DNA of 64,000 bases. It comes from Vicugna vicugna (lineage: Eukaryota). A program made the translations under genes and the position numbers. Position 1 is the stretch's first letter; each line of letters opens with the position of its first letter. The notes below the pieces were generated by a model. That model ran no database searches, was not told the DNA's origin, and was given only the letters and a program-made list of their open reading frames with translations. Positions 12,321 to 25,789 of this stretch are shown here, one piece after another. The stretch covers positions 186,001 through 250,000 of the forward strand of contig MU057503.1 of NCBI GenBank assembly GCA_013265495.1, in the 5' to 3' direction.

Positions 12321-14711
12321 TTTTTTGACTTAAAAAAAAAAAGTTAAAAATAATGAAATGATGAGTAGAAGAAATATTTTACAACATAAATATTTTTTAA
12401 AAGTTGAAAAAAATGCAGGTATTTTATCCCCATTTTAAAGTTTTGCCATACAGTCTTGAAACATTAACAATGACCCACTCTCTTTACTTTCTGGAATTAA
12501 GTCATTTATGAAAGTGTCAGTGTTTGCATATAGAATAATACCAAATGCTTAAAGTAGGTGTGCTAGCCTTACACAGTATTTGATAGTGTATTTGAGTAGA
12601 GCATAATTATTTATCTGATTTTGTTTCCACATAAAATTGATTAAAAAGTCAAATTATATAACAGAATGGTATAAACCTCTAGTAGACCAAACATATTTGG
12701 AATTATCTGGAACTGATGCTACAAAGTTGCTGTATTAACAATTCGTATTTGTATATCTATAGTTTAGGTATAGAATTGAATCTTGTTTTCTAAATAGACT
12801 GTGAATGTGCCTTTGATTTAGTTTAGTATAGTTCCATTTTATTCCTTAATTTCCCCCAGCCTTTTTTTGTAGCCATTTCAAAATTAACTCTCCTCTCTTC
12901 TAAGAATGCTAGCCATATATATATATATAAAAAATGGCCTATCATTTTTATCTGTAGTTACTGGAGAATTAAGTGTTTTAACCATTTGAAGGATAAACTA
13001 TTTAGCTGTAAAACTGTCTAAAAGAACTTTATTCCTGGGATAAAAGAAAATCTATGTGTGGAATATCTTCAAATGTGTTAAACTGTATTACTTCAGCCTT
13101 AATGATACACTTTTTTTTCCTTAATAAGTGTAGCATACATATAGTATAGTAAACAAATCAATCAGCAACTCCATTAGCATTTCTTTTTTGAAAGAGGCCT
13201 TAAGTGGCATTTCTTGAAATCTGTGATAAGCAAATTAAATTAAAGAAGAAAAAGAATCATGAAAACTTTACACAGGAAGAAAGGAAAAAAGTCTGTTAGG
13301 AGGCTATATATTTGTTTTTAATAAGGTAGTTATAATTTACTCATCTTATAAAATAACTCAAATTTTGTGTGTAAAAATTACCTGGAGTATTTACTAAAAT
13401 GTATCTTCCTCCAAGATTAAATCAGTAAGTCTGGGAATTTCCAGTTTTACTATGTTTCTGATGCCATTGAACTCAAAAAGCAGACTCTGATGCTGTTGGA
13501 ACTTAAAAAATAGACTAGTCTTTCAGAGTCTGAAACCCAGCTTTGAATTTCACTAATCTGATTGTATTGTATTAAGGAATCTGGAATTGGTAGCTGTGAT
13601 GAGAAGCAAAGTTAACCATCTTCCTGGGCCTCAAATCATCTTTAAAATGTCTCAGTTAATAATGTCAGGCATTTAATTTAAAACAAAAACAAAACAGGCA
13701 AATGAAGAGAAAATATAATGGAACCAAAGTCCAAGATAAACAACAGATAATAGAAACAGACCCGTGAGGAATGCAAATAATGGAATTATCAGACAGAAAC
13801 TTTAAAACACTGTGCTTGTTATGTTGAAAAAATAAAAGACAGTTTTTAAAGAAGTACAAAACTACCAAGAACCAAATATAATTCTAAAACTGAACAATAA
13901 TATGAAAAAATTAAGGATTAAGGACTTAATTTGGGGTGAAATACTAAACAGAAACAAAGAGAGAATTGTAAACTAAATGACAACATCAGTAGAAAATCTA
14001 TAGACTAAAGTTTAAAGAGACAAAAGAATGGAAAATAGAGAAAAAAGCAGAGGGACATATGGAATACACTGAATAAATTTAACAAAATACATATAAGTGG
14101 ACTCCTTAAAGGAAAGGAAGGACAGAATGGGGTACAAGTAATACTGGAAGTAATAGCTGAGAATTTTCCACAAGCAATGAAAGATATACTACAGAGTCAA
14201 GAAATGCTATGAATTCCAAGCTAGAAAAATACAAACAAAACCATACTGAACAAAACTTTTTGGGGAAAAAAAAAAAAAGATTCTTGTTAGTAGCCAGAAA
14301 AAAGATATATAAACTTTCAAAGTAAGGGTAAGACAAATAAATGATTTCTCAAGAGAAATGAAAGCCAAAAATTAGTGGAATATCTTCAGTGTGCTGAAAG
14401 AAAATAACTGCTAACCTAGAATTCTATGACCAAGGAAAGACTCCTTCAGAATAATGATGCAAAAAAGCCGTTTTCATATAAACAAATTGATAGACTTGCA
14501 GTTAAAAAAAAAAATACAAAACCATCTTCAGAATAGAAGAAAAACTACTCCAAAGTGAAGCTTGGAGACATAGGAAAAAATGTTGACTGGCAAGAGTAAA
14601 TACTGTGAATGAATGTTTAGGTAGATTGTTTAAAATAGCAATCATTTCTTATGAGGGTGAAAATATGTATAAAATGTAAGTGTGTAACAACATTAGCATA
14701 TAAGTTAAGGC

Positions 14712-17700
14712 TGTTACCCCAAGACAACCCCTGTTATCTCCAACTTCTCATATCTACATCGTTGGGTAGTCCCCATCCACACTGTATCAGGATCTTAGTA
14801 TTGTATTGGTCTTTGTGGCCAGTGACATACAGCAAAAGTCATGGTACAGTATATCACTTTCAAGATTAGATTTTAGGTCAAAAAGTATAAACTTACAGTT
14901 ATAAACTAAGTAAGTCGTGATGATGTGTTATACAGTATGGTGACTATAGTTAAAAATATTATATTGCATATTTGAAAGTTGTTAAGAGTTCTAGAAGATC
15001 TTAAAATTTCATATCACAAAGACGGATAGACCTGGAGATTAATACTAAGTGAAGTAAGTCAGACAAAGACAAATATCATATGATATACATTATTTGTGGA
15101 ATCTAAACAAATGATACCAATGAACTTACTTACAAAACATACAGACTCAGACATAGAAAACAAACTTATGGTTAACAAAGGGGGAGGGGAAATGAGGGCT
15201 AAATTAGGAGTTTGGGATTAACAGATGCAGACTACTATACACTGAATAGATAAACAAGGTCCTACAGTATAGCACTGGGAACTGTATTCAATAGCTTGTA
15301 ATAACCTATAATGAAAAGAATATGAAAAAGAATATATATAACTGAATAACCGTGCTATATACCGGAAACTAACACAGCACTATAAATCAACTATACTTCA
15401 ATTAAAAGTAAAATTAAATTAAAAAATAAAAATTCTCATCACAAGAAAAAAAGTGTAACTATGTAAGGTGACAGATGTTAACAAGATTGACTGTGGTGAT
15501 CATTTCACTATGTATACAATATCAAATCATTATGTTGTACACCTGAAACCAATATAATGTTGTGTGTCAGTTGTATCTCATTTAAAAATAAAGATTATAT
15601 TATAAAAGACACTTTGGCTAACATCTTGGGTGTGCACACCCTCTTGCTCTCTCTCATTTCTCAGTCTGGGAAATTCAACTGCACACTCAGGCAGCCTGTG
15701 GAGGGGCTCACATGTTAAGGAACTGAGATCTCTGGCCAATAGAGAGAAATGGAGGCCTGCTAACAACAATGTAAGTGAGCTTGGAAGTGAATCCTCCAGT
15801 CTCATGAAAAGCTTCCAGATAATTGAAGTCCCAGTCCACAGCTTGACAACAATCTCATGACAGATCACAAGCCAGAACAACCCAGCTAAGCAGCCCCAGA
15901 TTCTTGACCCTCAGAAACTATGTGAGATAATGTTTGCTTTGTTAAGCTGATAAACTTGAGGTAATTTTTTATGTAGTAACAGATAGCTAGTACTAACTTT
16001 GTTACCTGAAAGTTGTGTACTACCATAGCAAAAACTTGAAATGTGGTGGTTTTGGAACTGGGCATTGCGTAGAAGCTGTAAGAATTTTGAGAGTATTAAT
16101 GAAAGCCTAAAGTGCCTTGAATAAATTGGTAGTAGAATTTTAGACTCTGAGGAGGCTGCCAGTGAGATCATAAAGGAAAGTGAGGAATATCTTATTGGAA
16201 CTCAGAATAAAGTGATCTTTGTTACAAGGTGGCAGAAACATTTAACAACATGTCAACTGCAGTAAACTAAAAGGTAAAAAAAATACATTTAATGAACTGA
16301 ACAGTCTGCCAAAATGTATGGCTGGGTTTCTTTCTGTGCTGTTTATAGTCAGATGTGAGAAAAGAGAGAGAAGCTAAATAAAGGACTGTTAAATAAAAAG
16401 GAACCAAGACTCTCTAGTTTTGAAGATTAGTCTCTGCATATGACTAACAATGCTAAAACAAAGAAATACTTCCAAGCAAAGGTCAAACTCAAGACACTCT
16501 TAGGAAAGCATGGTCTAAAGTTGAAGCCAGGGCTGTGACTGGAAAATTTCTTTGTTAAAACCTCAGAAAAGTCAAAGGTGGTGCCTCACAGTACTGTTCA
16601 GACAAAAGGCCCTTTAAAGAATTTCAAGGTGTACTTCATACTTCCTTTCAATATATGGCTTTTAGGAACAGCAGAGCTTCTAAGAAGCTTGAGGGTGATG
16701 TCCCTCAGACTTCTCAGTATAAACCCAAGGTAGAAAGTACTTAACTAGAGGACATTTGTGGGTGTGACTTTTGTCTGCTGGGATGAACTTCAGTGAGATC
16801 CACTGGAGACCCACTGTGTTTTCAAGAACCACTGCCGTTTTGAACTGCAGAGACAGTATAAAATTACCTTTGACCTCCCACACTTCAACAAGCAAGAAAT
16901 CAGACTAAGAATTTACTCAGCTATAAACAGATGCTAACTTTCATGAAAAAAGGATTACTCAGAAGGCAGAACCAGGTCTGCTCATGAAGAGTCATTTTCA
17001 CGTAAGGGTAAAGTGAGCCCTTTTATCAAGGAGCTTCCAGTATTTGCCCGGGTGGATTTCAGAGTTTCTGTGGACTATTGACTTCTTTGTATCCCCTGCT
17101 TTCCCTGCTTTTAACAGGAATATCTAAAAGATTATCTTCTGCCTGCCCCACCATTTTATTTTGGGTTTGTGTGGCACAGAGAACTTACATTTTAGTTTAC
17201 AAGCCTGTAGAGCAAAAGGAACTGTATTCGAGATGCTTAAAGAACGATACCCAAGAATCTGCACCTTGATCAGATATAGATGACAAGTTTCTGAACTTTG
17301 AGTTGATTTTACAATGAGAAGACTAGTGAGGGCCTTTGCAGGGGAAGGGTGTATTTTGCATGTTGTGGGGTGGGACTGTGACTTACTGAGCGCCAGAGGG
17401 TGAACTGTAGTAGACAGCCTCAAAGATGCTCCTGAGTTTTGCCCCTTCTTGGTATTCACACTCTTGTGTAATCTTCTATGTCATATTAGAGTTGACCTGT
17501 GTGATCAGTAAAATAGGACACAAGTGATGGTGTGTCATTTCTGAGATCAGTTTATGAAAGATACTGGTACTTCTAACTTGGGAGTGCTTTCTTGCTCTCT
17601 CTTGGACCTATCACTCAGTGAAGTCATTTGCTTCACAGGCAGCCTATGGAAAGACTCACATAATGAGGAACTGAGGTTTCTGCTAACAGCTGGAGATGAG

Positions 17701-17742
17701 CTGAGGCCTGCCAACAACACATGAGTGAGCTTGGAAGCAGAT
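14712..17742 (+). mobile_element. MaLR (MLT1) provirus remnant: interrupted 5' LTR, internal region and truncated 3' LTR
   Basis: Two LTR copies share 'gaggcctgc(t/c)aacaaca...gtgagcttggaag' (~15752 and ~17703). Internal region about 15995-17405 ends in the purine-rich 'gccagagggtgaac|tgt'. Confidence 0.75.
14876..15590 (+). mobile_element. L1 3' end (L1MA-like) containing a second, younger L1 3' end (about 15021-15428)
   Basis: Outer element: 'tacagtatggtgactatagtt...tgttgtacacctgaaac'. Inner element: 'actaagtgaagtaagtcagac...aaatcaactatacttcaatt' plus A-tail. Degenerate TSD-like flanks on both. Confidence 0.8.
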
Positions 17743-19279
17743 TTGAACAACAGGATTAACCACCATGACCTAATTGACATGCATTGCACTTAGTGCAGAA
17801 CACAAAAAAATTTTAAGTGGAATTTTTATCAAAATTAACCATATTCTGGGCCATCAAACAAATTTCAGTATATTTCTAATGACAGAAAAATTTCAGTGTA
17901 TTTTCTTTCCCCTAGGGGAATTTAGAAGTCAGTAACAAAAAGATAACTGGATGACCTCTCATCTACCTAGAAATGGAACAATATACTTTTAAGTAATCCT
18001 TGGATCAAAGAAGATAGAAGAAGTAAAGTTAGACACATTTTAAACTGAATGATAATAACAATACGGCATAAAAGAATGGCTAAAGCCATTCTTAGAAGGA
18101 ACTTTATAGCTTAAATGCAAATACTAGAAAAGAAGAAAGACAGTTGTCACAAGAAAAAAAGAAAATTAAGCCTAATTAAGAAAGAGTAATATAAAGTAGA
18201 CAGTAATAAAATAGAAAAATTGCACTGAATGAACGAAGTTGAGTTGTTGTAAAGAACACTGAAATAAGACCAGTAAACTAAAGATGAGTCCTGACAAGAC
18301 TGATCAAGAATAAAAGGAAAATAGGTACAGATCCACCTATACTGGGAAAAGGGGGACATTATAGCAGAGTCTAAATAGTTTTTTAAAAGATTAATTTTGA
18401 ACAATTTTATGTAATAATTTGAAAATTAGATGAAATGAACAAATTTTCAGAAAAATATAGCAATGTTGAAACAGTAAGAAATAGATAATCTGAATTGCCC
18501 TGATTAAAGAAATTAAATCATTAAATGGAAACCTTCCCACAAAGAAAACTGTAGCTCCAGAAGGCATTACCAATAAATATTTTACCATTATTAACAACAT
18601 AATACCAAATTTTAATAATACAATGCTAGTTGGTCAAATCCAGCAATATGCAAAAAGGGAATTAAAAGGCCAGGCTGGAGTTTTCTTTCAAATGCAATTT
18701 TAATTTTACTTTGAAAATCACTTACTAATAATTTTGGTATTAGCTGAATAAAATAGAAAAATAATAGCAATATGCAAAAAAAAAAGATGTTTGATAAAAC
18801 TCAGTATCTATGTGTGATTTAAAAAAAAAACTAGAAAACTAGCAGTAGAAACCTGCTATAAATATACTTATTGGTAAAATACTCGAAGTTCTCTCTCTTT
18901 CAGATCAGGAACAAGACAAGGATATCTATGTTAGAAGTCTTACCAGTGTGGTACTGCAAGGAAAAGAACTGAAAGAATAAGAGTTGAAAAAAAAAAGAGA
19001 AATAAAGTTGTAATGTTCTAGAAGACATGATTAAATATGTAGAAAATTCCAAAAATTTTACTGATAAACCATTAAAATTAAGTTTCACAAGGTGGCAGGA
19101 TATAAGGTAAATATAGAAAAACCAATTACTTATCAGCAACAAATAAAGTTAAATTTTAAAATAATGTTTACAACAGATCAAAGTACTTAGGAATAAACCT
19201 AACAAAAACTACTTTACTGCAATGAAAATTACAAAATATTACTGAGCAAAATTAAAGAAGACCTAAGGAAGATCTATCT

Positions 19280-19503
19280 GGGAAGTCACCAGAATCTTCT
19301 GTAGAAGGGCAGACAGTAAATATTTTCAGCTTTGTGGACCGAATTGGCCTCTGTGGAACCTATTCATCTCTGCTGTTTTGGGTGCAAAAACAGCCATAGG
19401 TGACACCTAAATGAACGACAATAACTGTGTTCCAGTAAAATGTTATTTACGAAAACAGATGATGAGTCACGTTTAGCCTGTGGATCTCAGTTAGCCCACC
19501 CCT
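19280..19503. mobile_element. MER58A-like hAT-Charlie element
   Basis: 'agtaaatattttcagctttgtgg', 'ctgtgttccagtaaaa..tttatttac', ends acccctg. Confidence 0.75.
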
Positions 19504-22500
19504 GATCTATTCATTAGTTAATGCCTACCAACATCATAAAAAGAGTGGCAACTAGAAATTAATTGTATCTTGTTTAGAATATATTTCACTATGAGATAGT
19601 CTTACTAAAAATTGCAAGAATAAAAAGATGGATAGTGAACTTTTCTGTTAAAAGACACTTCAGAGACTTATTAGTCAATTGCAGCGTATGGGCTTTATTT
19701 GGATCCCGATTCAAACAATATATTAAAAATGAGATAGCAGGGACAATTTGAATATTGACTGGATATTTGATACTGAGGGATTAGTTTTAATTTTTTAGGT
19801 GTGATAATGATGTTATGGTTATGTTTAAGTCCTTGATTTTGAAGAAATGTATCTCAAAATACTTGTGTGGTGTTTCACGAGTAAGATTTGTTTGTTATGT
19901 GTGAACACCTGTGACTTTATAGTTAGTCATGCTTCTCTACTAGTCTGTCTTTATTTACCACTAGGTGTTCTCATCCTGATTCCCGGGACTAGGTCTAATT
20001 CACCTGTGTCTATCTAGCACTAAGCATAGGTGCTCATAAGTGCTGCAGAAATGAATGTAGCTAACTCAGAATTAGTAAATGTGTTCATTACGTCCAGTGA
20101 CCAAGTTGTTTTAAAATTCCAGATTTCTTTAGAAATTACTTTCTGTTTCCAAAGGTGGAGAAGTAGTCACTTGGAATGAAGGAAAGTTTCAGTGAAACTT
20201 TTATATGCCAATATAAAGAGTGGACTATATTAGGTTTATCAAGTATATTTCATTGCTTAAGTCAAAAATACTGTCTAGTATTCATAGCAAAATGAACAAA
20301 CAGAAATTTTATTTATTTTAATTCATCACGAACTTGTATTTCTCTCACTAACTTAGTAAAGAATCTTGACCTTCGTTGTGGCCAGGAATTAATGGAATTC
20401 ACAGATTTCATTTTAGGCTTGCCCCTTATTTCCAATATAAGACAACATTATAATTCACTTAGAAAAAAAATTTAGCGGTCGCCTTTAATTCTGAAATGTA
20501 ACTATTATTTCTGAATATTCGATCTCCAGTCTTATTTCAAATGTATATTTTAATGGTTATAGTAGGTAGGTAAATATAACTTTGTACCCTGTTTCTCATA
20601 AGCCTGTTTCTTCTTGTTACAGTCTTCATAGCCATCTATTTTAAATGATTATTTTCAGCACAGATATTTTTAATGAAGGCAGGATATTTTATATAAACAA
20701 ATATAAAGGAGATGTTATATGAACAGTCTGCATATGAGTATAATGATACTAACACAGAAATGTGCTAATTATTTTTTATGCTGTGATGCTGTTGTGTTCA
20801 AGCTTTAATCATTCATATAGAATGGTTCTTTCAAATAAAAATAATTGGAGGACAAACTCATGTCTTCTTTAAAAGAACTGCTTATTAATACACTTCTTTT
20901 GGAAATAGTAAAATACCTTATAAATATAGTAGTATTCTGAGTAGTGATAATGAGGGTTTTAGCAATATAAAGTATTGTTGGAGAAAAGAAAAAGTAAGAA
21001 AAATTCTGAGTCCCAATAAAGTGTGGTTTTTTAAATAGTCTTGATGTTTTGTTTTCATTGTTGATAGTGACTTCTGACAGTTAAATTGCCAAGTTCTTTC
21101 CGGGATACTATCTATTAGTATTTTGAAAATTAATTTTCAGTTTAAGGAAAAACTATGTTTACTTAGAAAATACATACCTCAATATAAATCATTATGAGGG
21201 ATTTTCTTATTTTTTATTATTTTACCCTGTTTCTTTATCCCATTACCTGCTCTATTGTTAGTCACTCCATTTTTTTTCCATAAAAATGAAGCCTTTAGGT
21301 ACCTCAGTTTCAACAACCTAACAGTGATTAGTAACTAACTTAATATAATGTTATTTTAGGATTCTTATTCAGATACTGAGTCCCAAAAATTTCTGATAGA
21401 AATATTTTACTCCTAGCTTTCCTACTTAACTATAACTCCAAGTAATCTTATAAAATTAAATGATACGATATCCTTTGCTACATTCTTGGCTTCAAATAAG
21501 CATAAAACAAAATCCTTCAAATAAGATATAAAACAAATTAGTTAAGTTAGACAGTTCATATATTAGTTTATAATATGGGTTTAAGTTAATTAATGGAAGT
21601 GCAGGTGGTTGCCTATTCAGAAATGTGAATGTAACAAGTATAATTAGGAGAATATATCTAATTAGTAGAGTATCATAAAAATTCGCATTGGATTTGACAT
21701 TAAATACTAGATAAACTATATTTGAACTATTTGAGCTAAAATAAGTTTCCTGTGAGTGAAAGATAAATTTATAAGTCCCTTGCTGAATGGATGCTAAGCT
21801 TGAGTACAGCAGTCATTTGGAGCCTCCCTTTTGCCATATTTGTCTAATGTATCACGTATCAGGCTGATTACTATTTTCAGAAACAGTATTCATGACTGAA
21901 ATCCTACAGTTAACCTTTAGAAGATCAAAAGGAAATATACTTATCAAAAAGGTGACCCTAATGTATATACTTTTCCTCTTTTTTTGCTTTATTGCTTGCA
22001 TGTTTAGCAGCTTTTTGTTTTCATTTGTTGCATAGAATTACTGAGTGAGCATTTAAAGGTCATACAAAGTCATCCTGGTATGGAAAATTAACATATCAGT
22101 TACAGGGCATAGCTGAATATTTTGGCAGCAGTAATTTGGAGTTATCATTTTAAAAGATTTATTTTAACATACAGAATCATTATAGCTGTTGCTAACTGAA
22201 ATTTTGTAAAACTTACCATTTTTAAAGGTGTTCTGCTTGAAATCAAGTACTGAAAGCTAGAAGTATGTCTGTATCTTTAATCAGAGCTGTATTTACATTT
22301 TGGATGCAGCTTCTCGTCATAAATACTACATGTCTTCATTATAATATACCGAAGTGTCTTCATGGAGCCTTTCTAAACTATTAATATTTGTATCATGATT
22401 GTTCATATTCTGTTAAATATCAAAATTTCCAGAAATGTTCCTTGCTTTTTCAGTTATCCAGTATCTTTTATTTTATGTTGATATGTTTTAATAATTACTA

Positions 22501-22616
22501 TTTTTTCATTGGAGATCTATAACTTTTTTCTGAAGTTTCTTTAGAGAAATGTATTGTTATTCCAAACAGTGAAATATATCAAGCTATAGCTGACACTGAT
22601 TTGTTTTGTTTTTTAG

Positions 22617-22743
22617 GTGGTTGAACAGGGTATGTTTGTAAAGCACTGCAAAGTAGAAGTATATCTAACAGAATTGAAGCTCTGTGAAAATGGAAATATG
22701 AACAATGTTGTAACTCGAAGATTTAGCAAAGCTGACACAATAG
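22617..22743 (+). CDS. USP15: USP15 coding exon 4 (127 bp; DUSP-UBL linker and start of UBL1)
   Basis: Acceptor ttttag|GTG, donor ATAG|gtaatg. Translates [42 protein letters not shown]. Confidence 0.97.
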
Positions 22744-23429
22744 GTAATGCAAGATTCTGTCTCTTTGTTAAACCATTGCTATTAGAAATTTAGTTACAAT
22801 TCTATTTGTTATATGCTGCTAGGATGATAACCATTTTAAGACTTTATCCTTAAACATTACTGATTTCCAAGTTTGATACAATGTATCTTAGCTTAGAGTT
22901 GAGTTATTTATCCTTTCTAGATCTTCTTGACATTATTAGGTTAGTTTAATATTTGTGCCATTTTACTTATTTTAAAAAATCAAATAATTACTGTTTTAAT
23001 TTAGCACTTGAAAATGTGTATCATGTTTGTAACATGAATATAAATTAAAGTAGCATTTTAAATAAAAACCTATGTAGATAAAACTTCGTCAGGTAATGTA
23101 ATATATTATAATAATAATATTAATAATAATAATAATAATAATATGTACCCTTAGCATGGAAAATGACAATTGTTTATTTTTTTTCTCTCAGTTTATTCTT
23201 TGGACTCTAAATATAATTAAGTAGATACTTAAGGTAGCAGGCTTAGCATTGTTGTGACTGATTTTTTTTTTTTAATGAGTAGGTTACGGAATTATAGTAT
23301 CAAATATAAGTGTGCCTAACTCATTCTATATATTTATATATTTACATATCTTTATGTATTTACTTATCTGCACATATATATTAAAATATATGTAACTTTT
23401 AAAAATTCTGTTTAAAAGCCACATCTTAA

Positions 23430-23660
23430 AAATCAAGAATGTACTGAATAAACAAAACAAAACTCATAGATAACAGAGAACAGAGTAATGGTTGCCAAAT
23501 GGGAGGGACTTGAGATGTGGGTGAAATGGGTGGAGGGTATTAAGAGGTAAAAACTTCCAGTTATAAAATAAGTCATAAGAATGTGATGTACAGTATGGTG
23601 ACTATAGTCAATAATATTGTATTGTAAATTTGAAAGTTGCTAAGAAAGTAAATCTTAAGC
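23430..23660 (+). mobile_element. L1 3' UTR fragment (L1MA-like)
   Basis: 'aacttccagttataaaataagtc', 'tacagtatggtgactatagtcaataata'; similar to 14880-14990. Confidence 0.75.
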
Positions 23661-25789
23661 TCTTAAATACACTTTATTTAAAGTTAATAAAAGTACTTCT
23701 GAATTGCATAAATACCTTTCACTTTCACCACTTAGTCATTTCACTGTAGGAAAATAATTTTAACCCATAATTTTCATGAAATAATACCATTTTCAGTTCC
23801 AAATGCTTAGTTAATCCTAATGTTTTTGCCAAATACTATGTATGAATTCCTTATTTTCCCTCTTTTTAATTTAGCTAGAACATTTGTAAGTTGAAGTATA
23901 ATTTCATATAAACTCATACAGTCACCTTTCTAAAATGAATGCTTAAAATATTAGAAACTTCATATATAAATGTCATTTTATTATATTGTTGTGGATAAAG
24001 TAACTTAACTTGCATTTCTAGATTTTTGGACCATCCTCAGGAAAGTAAAACATTCCTACATCCTAAAAATGAAAAGTTTTTTAATATATATAAAATTACA
24101 TTAATCATAATAGTAAAATATGCACAATGGGAATCTGTAAGTCTATCAAACAAAGGTGATCTTTTAAAGTTAATTCAGAGATGAATTTTTGAAATGCTCA
24201 GCCAATTGAAATATAAATAAGAAGCTACCTCTTAAATGTTTAATGTGGTTTTCTAGTAATTTTAAAGAAAAAAAAACAAATTTTATCTTTCATTATTGGA
24301 ACATGTTCAGTTTTGGCATTTTCTTTGTTCCTCATTTCTACAGGAAAATATAAATTTTTGAGACAATAAGATCTTATTTTAGAACAGTAGTTCACTGAAT
24401 AATATTTTTAAACTTGTTATATGAAGATTTAAGGTTTAATTTCTGAACTCAAAACAAGCATTTTGGAGTTTTCACATTAAGTACTAAGTAAGAATTTATC
24501 AAGGAGATAATTTATAAAGAATCTTTGATTTGGAAAGTTAATGATTTGCATAGATTTTAATCAGCATAGTTAAAATTTACTAATACTTTAAATGCTACAT
24601 GTAACATTGGTTATATGCCTTAAAATTTTGTATGAATAAATTTTTATATAGCTAACATTTCTTATTGTATTAAAATAATTTTTTCAAACTTTGTTATCAA
24701 TACTTTTGTGGTCATTAAACAGTTTTAAAGAGAATGAAAAGGAAAATATCAGAAAGAAAATATCAATGTATACGTGTATACTGGTCACATTTCCTTACAG
24801 TAGGCCCAATTTTGAAAATCTATATTAGAGCTAAGTTAAGTAAAAAAAAGTTTTACAACGCTTAAAATTAGTCTAGTCAGGAATTTTAGAGACTTCATGG
24901 TTATAGCTATCATAGTGGTTAGCAGTTATTGAATGGTTACTATGTTTTAGGCACTCTACAGGAAATTTCTTATTTAAACCTCAGCAATACTATACTCTGA
25001 TCTTAAAAAGTGCTGGAGCCTAGGCTTAGGCTAAGTTAGCTACCTCAGTTTAACCTGGTACCAAGTGATAGACCCAATATTGTAACTCCTTAACCAGGGC
25101 TCTTATACCAGTCTCATCTTTTAACTGATGCCTTGCACAATCAATGCAAGTGTTACTCAGGCTGATTTTGTTTTTCTACAGGAAGTGAGTTTTGAAAAAA
25201 TAATGATTTTGATAAGAAAGGAAATATGGGATGTATATTTTTCCGTATGGTTTTTAAAAAATCTTGATTAAAAATGATCAAAATAGCTGTGTACATGAAA
25301 TATAGCTATATAAATTATATGAATAGAATTCAGAAATAAAAAGTACCCGTTTTCTGTTTTTACCAAATTAATAAAATGTTCCATTTTCAGCTAGTACTGT
25401 CTACATTGATTTATAATAAAAATGATAGTAGCCATAGGCAGGATCTAAATAACTCACCATGTTCAAAGCAGAGTATTTTGCTGTTTAATACTTTTCTCCC
25501 TAAATTGATATGTTTGGATATTGAACATGTTCCAATAAGATAGATAAAATTTGTTTAATTTTTTTCTTTAAGGATACCACTGAAAAAAATAATTTGTATT
25601 ATAAAATTTGAAAAATGCTTTGTTTATAAAATTTATTAATATAATTGCTTAACTTTCTTATTAAATGTTCCTACTAGAATTGTTTCTCAGAATAATTTTA
25701 TTTCTGTTATCTGTGTTGTTTTTTTTACCTCTGTATACTTTTTATTAACTGCCTAATATAATGTAGAAAAATATACACACGTTCTCAAT

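Larger units (their letters stand above)
13690..19270 (+). mobile_element. Old L1 (ORF1 and ORF2 remnants) split by a nested MaLR provirus
   Basis: ORF1-like phrases ('tggaattatcagacagaaactttaaa', 'tgctgaaagaaaataactg') before 14700. ORF2-like phrases ('ccatattctgggccat', 'agatcaggaacaagacaaggat') after 17745. Confidence 0.75.

Noticed and set aside
15578..17789. Cluster of 60-111 aa ORFs, two similar to each other
   Set aside because: They lie in the MaLR element; the similarity reflects the two LTR copies.
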